A stretch of 64,000 nucleotides of DNA from assembly GCA_026914245.1 (NCBI GenBank), contig CP110440.1:4278001-4342000 (forward strand), in the 5' to 3' direction. Made by a program: the position numbers and the translations under genes. The notes under the pieces are model-generated. The model saw only the letters and a program-made list of their open reading frames with translations. It ran no database searches and was not told where the DNA came from. The DNA comes from Puccinia triticina (taxonomy: Eukaryota). Of this stretch, positions 28,201-40,996 are shown piece after piece; the first letter of the stretch is position 1, and each line of letters begins with the position of its first letter.

Positions 28201-30672
28201 TCGGTTCTGAAGGACACCATACTCCGTCTGGAGCGCAGGACGGAAAAACCACTGAAAATCTTGCGATCTGATAATGGCGGCGAGTTCAACAGCAAAGCCT
28301 TTGGAGAGTTTCTTTCTGCCAAAGGCATTACCGCAGAACGAGCGGTAGCCTATCATCACTACCAAAATGGCACGATTGAGCGATTCAACCGGACCCTCCA
28401 AGATATGGGTAGGACCATCCTTCTCAACAGCACACTTCCCAAAGAATTTTGGGGCTTAGCTTTTGTATGGGCTTGCTATACCCTTAACCGCATACCGAAT
28501 GCAGCCAGCGGTGACCTCACTCCTTACGAACGGTTCTTCGGTCTTCAACCGAACCTCGACCGTATGCGTCCCTTTGGATCTGTGGCTTTCATACATGTCC
28601 AGGCTGAAAAACGACGCAAACTCGATGACCGGGCCCTACGAGGTTATGCTGTATTTTATCTACCCAATTCTAAAGGCTGGGGATTCTGGGTTCCTGAGTT
28701 GGGCACCTACTGCCACTCTGCCGTTGCGACTTTTCCAAATTTTCCCAGCAACATCGACCTATCGCCTTCTGTCTCTTTGGCCGACGGTTTTGCGTTGCAA
28801 CTAGGTAATTTCGAGGATGAACTTCTAGTGCAATCTCAAGACATACTGGTGGATATAGCCATCAATTTTTTACCGGAAATAATGGACGCTTCCGTACCCA
28901 CGACATACAAGCAGGCGATGAAAGACGTCGACGCATCAAAATGGAAATCGGCGATTGACGAGGAACTGTCAAATCTAGATCGACTTGCCGTATGGTCCCT
29001 CAAACCTGTGCCCCCCGGAATCAAGATTCTACGGGCTAAATGGGTTTTCGTTCGAAAACTATTGGCGACTGGTGAAGTGCTGCGTTTTAAAGCTCGGTAT
29101 GTCGCAAAGGGATTTGTGCAGATAGAGGGGGAACATTTTAACGGAACTTTTGCCCCAACCGCTACGTTCGTGTCAATGAGGTTGATTCTTTCAGTTGCTG
29201 CACTCAACGGATGGCCGGTACACACTTTTGACTTTGTGGCCGCATATCTTAACTCTCCTATCGACGAAGAGGTTTGGGTTGCGGCTCCCGAAGGACTGAA
29301 CGCACCAACTGGCCACGCCTGCCTACTGCACAAAGCACTATACGGGACACGACAGGCTGCCCGCTGTTGGTGGCAACATTTATCTAGCACACTTCGACGA
29401 CTAGGGTACATCAGCTCACAATTCAATAGCAGTATCTATGTCCTCAGCAAGTCCGATGGGCCTTCTGTGATCTGGATCCACGTCGATGACGGGATAGTCA
29501 CTGGATCCACCGACAAGATTCTTCGCGAACTCGAAACGGCCCTATCCGACTGCCTTGAAATCAAATGGTCATCGTCACTATCGGATATTGTTGGACTAAA
29601 AGTAACACGCGGGGCTGATAACTTCTCTCTGAGCCAACCAAAACTGATATCGAAACTACTCTCGTTGCACTGGGACGGCATCAGCCATGCGAAAACTCCT
29701 TTACCCACTGGAAACCTGCCTCTTACGGTTACTCTGACCGCCGGCATCGACCCTGGAAAGTATCTTTCCATTATTGGTTTTCTGAGTTATCTGTCGGCCG
29801 GATCAAGACCAGACATTACATTTGGAGTCAATTTTCTGTCACGTTTCTCGAAGTGCCCAGGAGAGGAGCACTGGAAGTGTATCCGGCATTTAGTCAACTA
29901 CGTAGCAGCTACACAGGACCAGGCCCTCCGTCTTCGACCTGATACTACGAGTCCCCGACTGGCGTGCTTCGCCGACGCAAACTGGGGGGGAGAATTCTCG
30001 CGGTCTAACTACGGTATTCTCATACTATTTCACGGCTGCCCTATTCATTGGATAGCCAGGAGGCTGGCAACAATCGCTTCTTCCACAGCACACGCGGAAT
30101 ACATGGCTTTGGGACACGGAACAAAACAAGCCCTGTGGATCAGGCACCTTCTCACCGATATGACCGGCACGGACACTGTTGTCAACGTATACTGCGATAA
30201 TCAAGCGGCGGTCAAGATCTGCGGTGATGAGACCTCCAACAAACGGACCCGGCACACAGATAGAGAATTCTATATTACTAACCAGGCGCTATTCCAAAAA
30301 CAAATAGCACTACAATGGATCGATACTAAACACCAGTTTGCGGACATCTTCACCAAGAACCTCCCTCCAGTCACCCACAATTTTCAAAAGACAATAACGT
30401 TGGGAGTGGTCTCGTCGAGTGGGGGGGTGTTGTAGCACGGAGACGTAATATGACATTACGTCCCATACTACAGTGGTCGACGTAAGTCATAGTGTCATGA
30501 CTTACCATAGACATGGGACTATCCCATGTTACTCGACTCGACAGCTGTTTGTATTTACATAACTCATGTATATAAATACAAACCTTGTTTCTCTCTTTTG
30601 TGTATTCTCATACATTCCTCTCAGTCAATTCACTCGTATGTATACACATTTTCCCACTGTCAGGCTCCAATA
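25277..30672 (+). mobile_element. Young, structurally complete Ty1/Copia LTR retrotransposon
   Basis: LTRs 25277-25517 and 30428-30672 (one substitution and one 4-bp indel seen), TSD AGGAG, PBS ggttatgagcac, PPT gagtggggggg. Confidence 0.97.
25751..30435 (+). CDS. Copia gag-pol polyprotein, with one frameshift near 26325-26340
   Basis: Zinc knuckle CFRCGSGDHLIGVC, protease DTGA, integrase HHCC/LRSDNGGEF/ERFNRTL, RT FKARYVAKG and WIHVDDG, RNase H ADANW/AEY/DNQAA/ADIFTK. Confidence 0.93.
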
Positions 30673-31284
30673 AGGAGCAACAACATATGTAGCACTATTT
30701 CCAATTTGAAATCGTTTTATTGCACACGGTCAGAGTTTGAAACAGAAAGCAGAAAAATGATGCGTTTCTCATTGAAATACTTGATGCATTCGGAGTTAAG
30801 GAGTTGACCCGCGGCACCAGGCCAAGAATTAAACGAACCAAACCCATTGAAAATAAGCTTATCCTGACAGTCTTGTGCGGCTGGCGTTTATCATCCAAGC
30901 TGGTGGTCATCGACACTGACGTGCTCCGTGCCAAGTCGTTTGTGTGTTCCAAACTTGGCTTGTGAGTTCTCGGGGGGATTGGCGTGTTGGCAAATGCTCG
31001 AGACATTTACGCACATGAATTAAAACCAGGAAAATTGATTTTGATCAAATGAAGAATTCACGATTTACAAGATTTGGCTATATACTTGAGAGTGGGAGGG
31101 TAACGGTTGATTGATTGATAGACGGCGGAGTCTTGTTAGAAGATAATCGATGGATGCAAGACATTAGCCTTATTTGCAGCGGAGTTTGGAGATGGTTCAT
31201 AGTTGTTGTTAATTTATGTTTGGTGTGGGGGCGGCAAGAAAATGGCGGTATACCATGAGAGTTACTTATGGACGCCCGAATTTC

Positions 31285-32016
31285 TCAGGACCTTGATCTG
31301 AGCTTTTTGGCAGCTCTCATCTCAGGGTGAAGGCCAAAACATCGATGTTGAGGGTGGTTGGCCCGAGGATTATGGCTTCCATCTTTGCATCTTTTTCGGG
31401 GTCTCTTCCTGGGGTTGGTATTGGTTTCTGGGATTGGCATGTCAAGCTCGATTTGCCTCACTCTTTCGAGCAGCATGTATGGGTCGGACATGGGCTCTGT
31501 ATCGTAGGAGAATTTTTCGAGTAGCTGAGGTCGGTCTTTCGTGAGTTTAAAAATAATCTTGCCGCATGTGCTATGGTCCATCACATCCCATCCAACGCAC
31601 TGCATTCCCGCTAGGGCGCCCTCGACCTCAATTATGAACGCGGGCATGTCACCTTTGAACTCCAGTTGCTCCATCTTCATAAAGGCACGAATTCGATTGT
31701 GGGATGTTGGTGCGGCATATCTTGTTGTCAGCTTGCTCCATATTTTATAAGGGACATCGTCGCAGCCGTTGAAGATGCCCATATACACTTCGTCCCCGAT
31801 CTTGCAAGCGAGACGGAAAGCTGCCTCATTCATTTGTTTCTGAATCGCTTCGGAAGGCGTCTCTCCTTGATCATTTTCGCACACATCCAAGAGACGGCTG
31901 CGTTCGAGATACGTCTTCATCCTGGCTTGCCAAATTGGAAAGTTCTTGCCAGCGAACTTTGGAACAAGATCATACGCCTCCTGGATTGCGCTGGAGGTGA
32001 GATCGCCCGATTCCAT
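31285..32016 (-). CDS. Stand-alone Copia gag-like protein (243 aa), candidate domesticated gene
   Basis: VPKFAGKNFPIWQARMKTYL..IWSKLTTRYA..CKDGSHNPRANHPQHRCFGLHPE parallels the gag at 62030 (VPKFPGKNFEIW..CPGKKHNPEASHTEDECWTLHP). The ORF is intact with no pol or LTR; predicted 5'-UTR introns at 32081-32146 and 32235-32321. Confidence 0.75.
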   Translation of the reverse strand: MESGDLTSSAIQEAYDLVPKFAGKNFPIWQARMKTYLERSRLLDVCENDQGETPSEAIQKQMNEAAFRLACKIGDEVYMGIFNGCDDVPYKIWSKLTTRYAAPTSHNRIRAFMKMEQLEFKGDMPAFIIEVEGALAGMQCVGWDVMDHSTCGKIIFKLTKDRPQLLEKFSYDTEPMSDPYMLLERVRQIELDMPIPETNTNPRKRPRKRCKDGSHNPRANHPQHRCFGLHPEMRAAKKLRSRS

Positions 32017-32948
32017 GTTTGGGTGCCGTCCTTTGAAATTCTTCTTTCGCGATAAGAGGTGCGTTGGTTCTGAGAGTAACCTGCAAGAATATGCAGAGCT
32101 ACGATTTAATTTTGTTCAACAATCACAGCTCAAGAGTTGAATTTACCTGTTTCTGAGGTGTGGGTATTTCTTGGTTAATTCTGCGTTGAGTGCCGAGTGG
32201 TGAGAGGCCGTTGAGAACGCGTTGCAGGTTTAGTCTACAGTGAAATAAAAGATTGTGTTTCCTAATCAGTACGACTATTGCCTGCTTGGTAGTTCTGATG
32301 AGATGTGATCAGTCCACGTACTTCTGTTTCAACTTTAAAAATTCCGCTGTGGTGGGGAGTGTGGCGCGCTGATGATGAGCAGACAGTCCCTTTCGAGGAA
32401 CAAGTATTTAAAGACCAAACCAAAGGGTCAAATAGCTAGAAGGGTAAAGACATGTTACCAGTGCCAAGCCGGGCAGACTAGCTTGTCGACCAGACAAAAG
32501 CCACATCCATCGCTAATCCAGCCCAGCCTCAGATGGTTTAGAAATGGGGAGCTTGCCTCAACAACCAATGTCAAAGGGGAATGAATACATCAATTGACTC
32601 TCTAGATTATTCAGATGCACGCATTGCCTAGTCAAGGTTGAAGATGCACAAAGAAGAACCCAGCAGCTCTGCACCCATCAGATTTATGTAGCAAGTGCGT
32701 CCGTACTACTACGAACTGTGGAATTACGGGGCAATCAGAAGTTGAAGCAATCCAAATGAGAATGACACAAGGCTTTCCAAATTTTGTGGTGGTCGCATTA
32801 AGTACTTCGGCAAAACAACATCCGGATTCCGCATGCTACAAACGCGCACGAACTATCATTCCAAGGGAACAGCCAAATGAAGGAATTTCCGTCAAAACTG
32901 AGAAGAATGTTCTTAAGACGTCATCGAGACGTCACTGAGACCATCGTA

Positions 32949-34229
32949 TCAAAAACTGCGACACTTCCATCTGACTATCGGACTTTCAATCACATCCCGA
33001 CTTTGTATGATCTTGAGTTCGGAATGACGGGATTTGATAGCTTGAGTAGAAAGGGTGCTATCAGATGGAACATCGCGGGAGGAAATGAGATCCGTTTGAT
33101 CCATGACGCCCTGGGTTGAAGCCAGTGCGAATTCGGCAGCCCGAGACAAATCGATTGGCTTTGTTGAAAGCAATCGGCCAAGGAGGATACTCGCAAATAG
33201 ATCACCGACCCCGACGAATCTTTTGCTTCTCTTGGGGAAAACAATCATCCAAGGCTCGGTGTCTTTGGTGCTCCCTACACAGATCAACACATTGCCTTCG
33301 TGATCTGGGGCAGGTAGATCGTCCAAATGTGCAACCAAAGAGATCGGGATCGAGATCGAGGTGATCACTATGTGCTCGAGAGCATGAATTTCATGGAAAG
33401 CTCGAAGACAGGCTCGAATTTCGGGGATGGTCCTGGTAGGGTGGCCGGTCAAGATTTGTGCCTCGAATTCATTCGGTGTGGCTAAAGTTGCTAGTTTCAA
33501 AAGTTCTTTGTACTTTGGCGGGACCTGTGCAGAAACGTATAACTTGCCATCATCCTGTGATGGACACTTCTCAGCAATCAAGCAAGAAATACACTGTTGG
33601 TTTCATCCTAAATGAATCACTGACCCCCATAACCGGATCCACGAGATAGGTCACATTAGGATTTTTTCCTTTGATTTTGTTGATAGAGTAAATCAGGGCA
33701 TCGATGCCTTCAGGACCTGGCGTGAAGCCTACAAAAAGGTTTGGAAGAAAGTCTTGATGAATTCGACAGCAAGTCGATATAGATCGCTATTTATAAGGAA
33801 AAACGTACCGGTGAGAAGCGCATCGTATGTGAGAAGATCATTGTTTTCAAGACCATCGATGCAACTTATAAGATGCTCGACTGGTATCTTGCTTCCACCA
33901 TGAAGACCGTAACCTTGAAGTATCATATTTGGAGTGTAAGGACTGAGGACTGACTGGGGATCACGATACCGATACAAACCAGCACGACTTACCTAGGTGG
34001 TTAGAGAATTGAACAGTGTTTAGAGCATCAACTTCCCAGCCAAGCAATTGCAGCGGAAACGTGGCCGATTTGTTTCCTGCCGAATAGAAGCAAATCAGAC
34101 CAGAACTTGAAGCAAACATCAGCACCACGTACTTATCGCCCATGTTCAATATAGATAGAAGACGTTTGTATGAGTCTGACCTACATAGCCAGATACGACA
34201 TGTGACTGAATGCTCAAGACGCGAGGCAT
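32949..34229 (-). CDS. Pyridoxal kinase (PdxK/Bud16 family), multi-exon
   Basis: [73 protein letters not shown]. Confidence 0.93.
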
Positions 34230-34736
34230 GATTCGGACCGGCAACGAGAGTGGTGACTTGAACTCTCGAGTCTCGACATTGAACTCTCGAGTCTCGACAT
34301 TTCAACTTGCCAAACTGCCGGGCAGGCCGAGCGGCGAGCTTATGTAACAGCGACCTTCTTCAACCCTTCAACCTCATAAACGAACTTGCCCTCCATAAAC
34401 AATCGACCTCGTGGGCTCCAGCTTGTTTTTTTTTGAAGCAACCTCTGGTTGGTCTAGCTAAATATCTGGTTCGTCTTCAATTCGGATGCCCCTTTCTGAT
34501 GACTATGTAATCTCTCAACATCGAATCTTCTTATGAGTTATGTACAGATCTCATTACGCGGCTACTACCCTCGTTGCGCTCGTTAGGAATACCCGTGCTT
34601 GCGATTTGGACTCGAGTCAGTTATCAATTTCTTACTTTCAGCTGGACTATGTACAATGATTTCTCCTCTTAATAGACGTTGTACCACTCTACTGGGTTAA
34701 CGAAAAACTCACTTGGGTTTGTTCTGATCAGCCGAA

Positions 34737-35852
34737 ATGAACCAGGGACTGGCACTTGACGCGCCTAGCGCAGGAACTAGTTCCTCTTTACAACTAGCCA
34801 CACAGATCAAAGACCTCTTACTTCAACTACAATCGAACCTTTTCCCAAAACTACGAAACGAAGTGATAAAACTATGCGATTTGCTGGAGAGACCTCACTC
34901 GATGCTCAAGCTCATGCAAGAGAGTCAACCGGCACTTGATGAAATTTGGCATAATCTCGACTGTGCAGTGGCGATCATTTATCCGAATGGACAAGACTAT
35001 GCCCTCTCCAAAACCAACGACCAACACACCAACGAACTCAAATCCTACAGACTTGAACAGCTTGAAATCCATCTGCTTGAACTTACGAGAGTGGAAAAAA
35101 AAATCAGTCCCGTCTGTCACAGGTACTATGAGCTTCAGCATCTGAAGGACCCAGCCGAAGATGTTGATGTCAGGGAAGAACTACATTGCTCCAAGTTTTT
35201 CGCGGACGAGTACACGTCTTATGCTCTACATATGATTGATTTAATCACTGGCTGCCTCAAAGATTCTGAAATTGACCTCGTTCAATCTCGTTGGGCATCA
35301 GGAACAGGGTCGATTGATGGAACACTGGTCAAGCTCTTGAGATTGATCAATCTAAAAACCCAAATCGGACGCGAAAGAGTGCATCCCCTCAGAATACAAG
35401 CCATCCATCTCGGCGAATTGCTTATCCCAATAATAAAACTCACGAGACTTTTTTTCCGGAAATTGCCCAGACTGGGCATGAATAAAAAATGGCCCTTGTT
35501 TACAAAGATGTCCTCGGCTGAACTTGATGACCTAGATTACTCAGCTCACGATGTCGCATCGATTCTCCACGACTTTTTAATTTATTTGGAGCACTATTCG
35601 AACCCAAACAATGCACTTCTAGCTCCTTACGACTTACTTCAAGCAGCCAACCATCTCAAAGCCAATCTCGAATCCGCCTTGCTTAAAATAACCGTCCATA
35701 TTGTTCCTCTGATTGCAGAAACCAGCAGCTCCTTGGTTCAAAGAGACTTCTCGGCCTGGTTGATTACTTGGAGGACTGAAACCTCTGTGGCCATTCAACA
35801 GGTCGTAGAAGCTTATAAAAATTTTACAAGTGATATTGATACAATACATTAG
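34737..35852 (+). CDS. Intronless Leu-rich, probably all-helical hypothetical protein (371 aa), rust-type multigene family
   Basis: Long open ORF divergent from the pyridoxal kinase gene. Motifs TNDQHTNELKSYRL, LIPIIKLTRLFFRKL and PLFTKMSS; no domain recognised. Confidence 0.7.
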   Translation: MNQGLALDAPSAGTSSSLQLATQIKDLLLQLQSNLFPKLRNEVIKLCDLLERPHSMLKLMQESQPALDEIWHNLDCAVAIIYPNGQDYALSKTNDQHTNELKSYRLEQLEIHLLELTRVEKKISPVCHRYYELQHLKDPAEDVDVREELHCSKFFADEYTSYALHMIDLITGCLKDSEIDLVQSRWASGTGSIDGTLVKLLRLINLKTQIGRERVHPLRIQAIHLGELLIPIIKLTRLFFRKLPRLGMNKKWPLFTKMSSAELDDLDYSAHDVASILHDFLIYLEHYSNPNNALLAPYDLLQAANHLKANLESALLKITVHIVPLIAETSSSLVQRDFSAWLITWRTETSVAIQQVVEAYKNFTSDIDTIH

Positions 35853-38462
35853 AAGAATCAGACAAACTGAACCTTTTATCTTATTACCTTCAAAGGCGGC
35901 TTTGCCACCTGCACATGCTGATGCTTTATGCGTGTAACAACTGCAGTTGCTTGTCCCTGAATTCAATGTCAACTGCACAATTAAATGATTCAACTACCCA
36001 TGTTTTTCTACTGTGATTTCAGTGCTTTAATCTTCTTCACAACATTTACAACATTCAAATCTGTACTTGTCAATTGAACCACGAAGAATTGCCTAGATCA
36101 CGCACATGTGACACTCCTCTGTATAACTGCCCATGGGCAAAAACCTAATTGCTTGGCACCAAGGTCACTTGCATCATACTTGGGCCTTAGCACTTATTAA
36201 TTGTCATGGCAAAAGCCAACCCAACATGAAATTGATACCTATAGAAAGATATTCTGACAGCTGAATCACCCTTGTGCCAAAGAGTTATCTATTACTTCCC
36301 CTCCCTTGAGGGGACCTGTCAGAATTCAACCACTTCAAGTATGTCAAGTGACCTTTACCACAACCAATCACTTCCTGTTACGCAGACCAATGTTAATGCT
36401 CAAGTTTTTCAAAAAAACCAATGGCACCCCTGTTTTGAACTTTGGACTGTGATCTAGAAATACTAGGAAATTGATCTTAGACAATCCATTGAGCCGCAGC
36501 GTGCTCATGAATTCTCCATTGTGCCTATTGTTGTGACTTGGGTCACAGTCTTCTTGGCTGTGGCTCTCTGCTGCGGAGGAGACATAGTCTCCTCCACCGG
36601 AGCCGCATCATCTACATTGATCATCACCGTTACCCATATCTCACCGAGTCCCCGAGCCACATCTCCGCAAGTTATGAGCCCTTCAGGTGTCTTGCTCCTG
36701 TTATTCCAGCATACATTTGCTGAAGAAGTTTCCTACCAACAAAGAATACCGGGATTTTTTTTTCAACCTCCTATTTCTATCATCCTGAAGCAAAAATTCC
36801 AGACCTATTACTCCTTTTGTCCAACTTTTCATAATTTTCCTCTGCATCAGAATGGATCCCTACTCTTATGGCGCTTATGATTGGATTCAACTTTTCATGG
36901 CCAACTTAAATTTTGTTCTTGGTAGTTTGCCGCCTCCGACTGCCCAGCCTGCTGTGAATTTCAATCAGATTCAAGGTGCTGTCAATTCTCACTAAGGTGT
37001 TTTTCATCAAGCTGCATCCTGGAAGAGACCAACTCGCCACTCACAATCTTGGAAAAAGTCTCACTCTCAGTCAAGGAACCGTTGTGAAAGCTCCCAGAAA
37101 GCCACTCATTCCCTGCCTTCCGTCCCTCAGGCTCCAGCAAATCTTTTCAAGCTCAATAGCCCTCAACCGGTCGCATACGCGGTTCAACATTCCACCAATC
37201 ATCAGCTAGTCCCTATTCAAAGTCGCCGCGGACCGCCAATGCCCCAGGCCGTTGTGCAGAATCATGACCAAATACAATCAGAATACCAGCAACAAGTTAT
37301 TGAAGACCCTTGCAAACGAGATCAACAAGTGATGAACAAGTCGAGCTCAGATTTTGGTAAAAAACCAATTGCCGATGATGATGGTGTTGTGATTCATGTC
37401 GATTTGTCATTGGAGCTCAATTATCCCCGAGAATTGGACAATCAATCTGATTTGGAGATTGATCTAGGCCCAGAACATTCTCATCCAATCTTGTCACTCA
37501 TGGTTCCGATGGAAATCAAATCCTCTATTGACAAAAAGGGAGAGGCCGTTGTCAAAGCTTGTTCAAATGCTGAAGCCCCCTCGAGTTTGTCCGCTAACAA
37601 TTGGGATGCGTGTGTTGAAAGCAACAACAATGAATCTGAACACGTCAATCCAAATCTCTTGCTACTGATCCTAACACCAGCAGCCCCGCTTCCATTACTC
37701 CCGTCGCTTCGGACTCCCTTTGTTTTGAGACGGCCTGGGGAACAATTCCCTGACCACAGAAATGAAGATGCATCAGTGATATCAACCCGACGCTGTATAC
37801 CCTACCAATCTGTCCGTCTGGCTAGACTCAATTTGCCAGATGATGACAGCGCCTCTGAAGACAAAGCTCCAAGGCTGATGAGTACCCGTCATTGACCAGC
37901 TCGGCTGAACGACCACTACCTGCAAGATGCCCGCCAGCCCAATTCCAACCTGAACAATCACAACTCACACAATCCCCAATGACCTGTTTACGACCTATAC
38001 AATCACCGCTTGTACGATGTTGGCCCTTATGATCAACCTTGGAATGATTCCCACCTGCACAGTCACCCCCTCGGTGATCTTCCCCCATTCCATTTGGATC
38101 ATGTCCCTGAACTTCCCTCTCCGCATCAACAATCCCCATGCCCGTTGTGGTAACCCTGTTCCTGTTCATACTATCACCCTTCATAAATACCCCATTATTA
38201 TTTCATATTCAGATTCTACACCCCATTTTACCCCTAGTCACCCACTCATTTCACCTAGGATTTCCAAATGGATCAGCAGTTATTGGCAGGTATTTTCTTC
38301 ATACATATCCTTAGCATTATTGCATACATCATTCATTAGTATCATAGCTACGTAGGACTGCAGATCTTACATAACTTCATTACACATTTTTCCCTTCATA
38401 TGAATCAGCAGTAAATTCCTTCATAGCTCTTGTAGTTATTACCAAATGCTCATCTTCATTAT

Positions 38463-39061
38463 TAGAGATGGGCGCTTTGCATCCGGGTACCCGCGCGTGT
38501 TTGCATACCCGCAGCCAATTTTAGCCATTTCCTGGCATCCGCATCCAACAGCGGGTACCCGCGTGCCTGGGCAGATACCCGCCCCTCAAAATGTGCTTAC
38601 CGGTTGACTGCTCCATATGCCAGTCAACCAGAAGGCACTTCTTCTGGCCGACTGCTCCATATGGCTGTCGACCGGGAGGGATGCCTCCCGTTTGACTGCT
38701 CAATATGGCCGTTGACCGGGAGGGATGCCTCCCGGTCAGCTGGTATGTCTAGTTTTCAACCGGGAGGGATTTCTCCCGGTCGACTGCTCAATACATATGC
38801 CTGTTGACTGGGAAGGACTCATCCCGGTCGACTATTTTATGTTGCTGTCGACCAGGAGCAACTCCCCCCGATCAACAGAAATATAGAACTGCTTTATGGC
38901 TGCCAACCACCGCAGCTCCCATACCGGAGGGAGAGCGGATACCCGCCGGGACACACGGGTACCTGCTGGATTCTGCCGGAATCTCAGACATCCGCATCCG
39001 CTGGCGGGTACCTGCCAGCGGATAGCAGATACCCGCAACGGGTTGTGTGCACCAATCTCTA
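38463..39061. mobile_element. hAT MITE
   Basis: tagagatgggcgc / gcaccaatctcta termini, 8-bp TSD TTCATTAT, and gggtaccc subterminal motifs. Confidence 0.88.
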
Positions 39062-40996
39062 TTCATTATGTACATTCTTACTTCTGTTCATCATTATTTC
39101 ATCTTCTACATAGTTAACTTTCATGTTCACTCCTTGGTCATTGCACCTTCATCATTACTGCTCATCTTCAGATATTGTTACTATGTGCTCATCATGTATC
39201 ACCCCCCTGTTGTACTTCTCACATATATAAAACACCCCTCTAGATGTTGTATCCCCATCAGGCACTTTCACCCACTACACTTTGTATGCACCTTCCCCCC
39301 CCATAGTCTCTGTAGCACCTTTACACATCACACTTAGATAACCTTTCATCATAATAGAAACTAGAGGCCAAGGCGGCTTCGCCGCTGCACTTATAGGGGT
39401 ACAGGGGCAAGCCATCTAGCACAGTGGGCAGCACCAATCAACCAGTCCGAGTGTAGCTATTGATGAGTGGTACTGGCTTTCAAAAGAACTCTCTTGAAGG
39501 ACCCAATACTGGCCATTGAGAGTGCTACACATTCTCTTGATTTCCAGTATTTTCAAACTGTTGTTTGATTTTCCAGGCAGAGAAACTCTCCCCAACCCTG
39601 CAAAACATTTTTCTGGCAGCTGTTAAGATGCCAGGGTTTGCAGCCAGTTGGTGTTTAAAGTCTCAGGTTTGTAGAAAAAAAATTCAAGGGTTTCCCCTAC
39701 AACTTGACAAATTACAAAAAAAAAATCAGAGGTTTTCCCCCCTACAAAACAAGCAACAACCAAACCGCAACAGCCACAGTAAAAAAAAACCACAAAAAAA
39801 AGCGCACAAAATTACAAGTGTCACACTAGAGGGAAAAAAAAAACCGCGCCCAGCCACCTAGCGCAGCAAGCTGACGCATCGTGGCCCTCCGCCCTTCCCT
39901 GTCTAGCAGGGCCAAAAGCGTCGGGAGGAAGGCCCCCAGCCCTAAAGCACAAGGGGGGCCCACGAGTATCCCCCGCCGGACTGCGCAATTGCAACAGCGG
40001 ACGGGGGTGAGACGACCCCCGAGCTGGAATTACAGCTCGTGAGTCGCCTGAGGAAAACTACCCTCATCCCCCCCCTCCTTTTATAGACCACGCCAATCCT
40101 TCAATACCCTCCACGCACACTAACCACCCCCCCAAGCCACGGACACCAAACCCCGCCGTATCTAGCTACCACACCGCAACCGTACTAACGGCCGCTATGC
40201 CACACGACCGTGGCCTTGACGACAGAGTCACATCACCTCGCCCCGCCACACGCCACTCAGACCAGCCACAGGGACTCGCCTCGTCTCGAGCACCAAGCGA
40301 ACCCTCAGGCGGCCAATACTCTGAGTCAAAGCTCAGTCTACGCTATACACACCTGGACGAATCGGGCAAAGCCGCGGCGCCATGAGGACGCCAGGGCCGT
40401 ACAGGCGCCCGGTGGGCGCTACATGACACCATCTTGACCCGGAGTCCAGTGTGGCGTCACTGTGATAGGGGCGGGGCGCCTAAGGCCAGGTGGCGTCACG
40501 ACCCACCTCAGTTTGCTGTATGCCAGTCTGGGCGCCTGCTGGTCGTCCGTCCCGCAGGCCAACCTGTCGGGATGGTCGGGCAGGCGTCAATCACCTGCGA
40601 AGCCTTGGCGCCACTAGGGGCCGCCACCGGGTCGGCCGGGTCAGGTAGGCGGCATGCAAGGCCCACATCAGGGGGCCGCCCCCACGCCGCCTACATGCCC
40701 CGGTCGCCTGTGTGGCGACCCACTGAGGCGTCTGGCCCCACCGCGCGGGCGAGGCGGCCTCTTGGCGACCTGATGACGCTGGCCATCGACCTGAGCATGC
40801 CCCCCGTTTCAGGCCGGCGACTCTTACAGGCAATGATAACGTACTGGGGAGGAAACACCCCCTGCCGAGGGACCTGGATTCTCCGCTTGAGTGGGGTGTT
40901 GCAGCACCCGTCGATTCCCATTCATACCGCTCCGGCCCTCGATCCATCACCACAGATCCATCACCCCCACAACCTCTCTCCGACCACGCAACTGAA

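Noticed and set aside
30695..31006. 103-aa minus-strand ORF
   Set aside because: No recognisable motif; overlaps the probable 3' regions of neighbouring genes.
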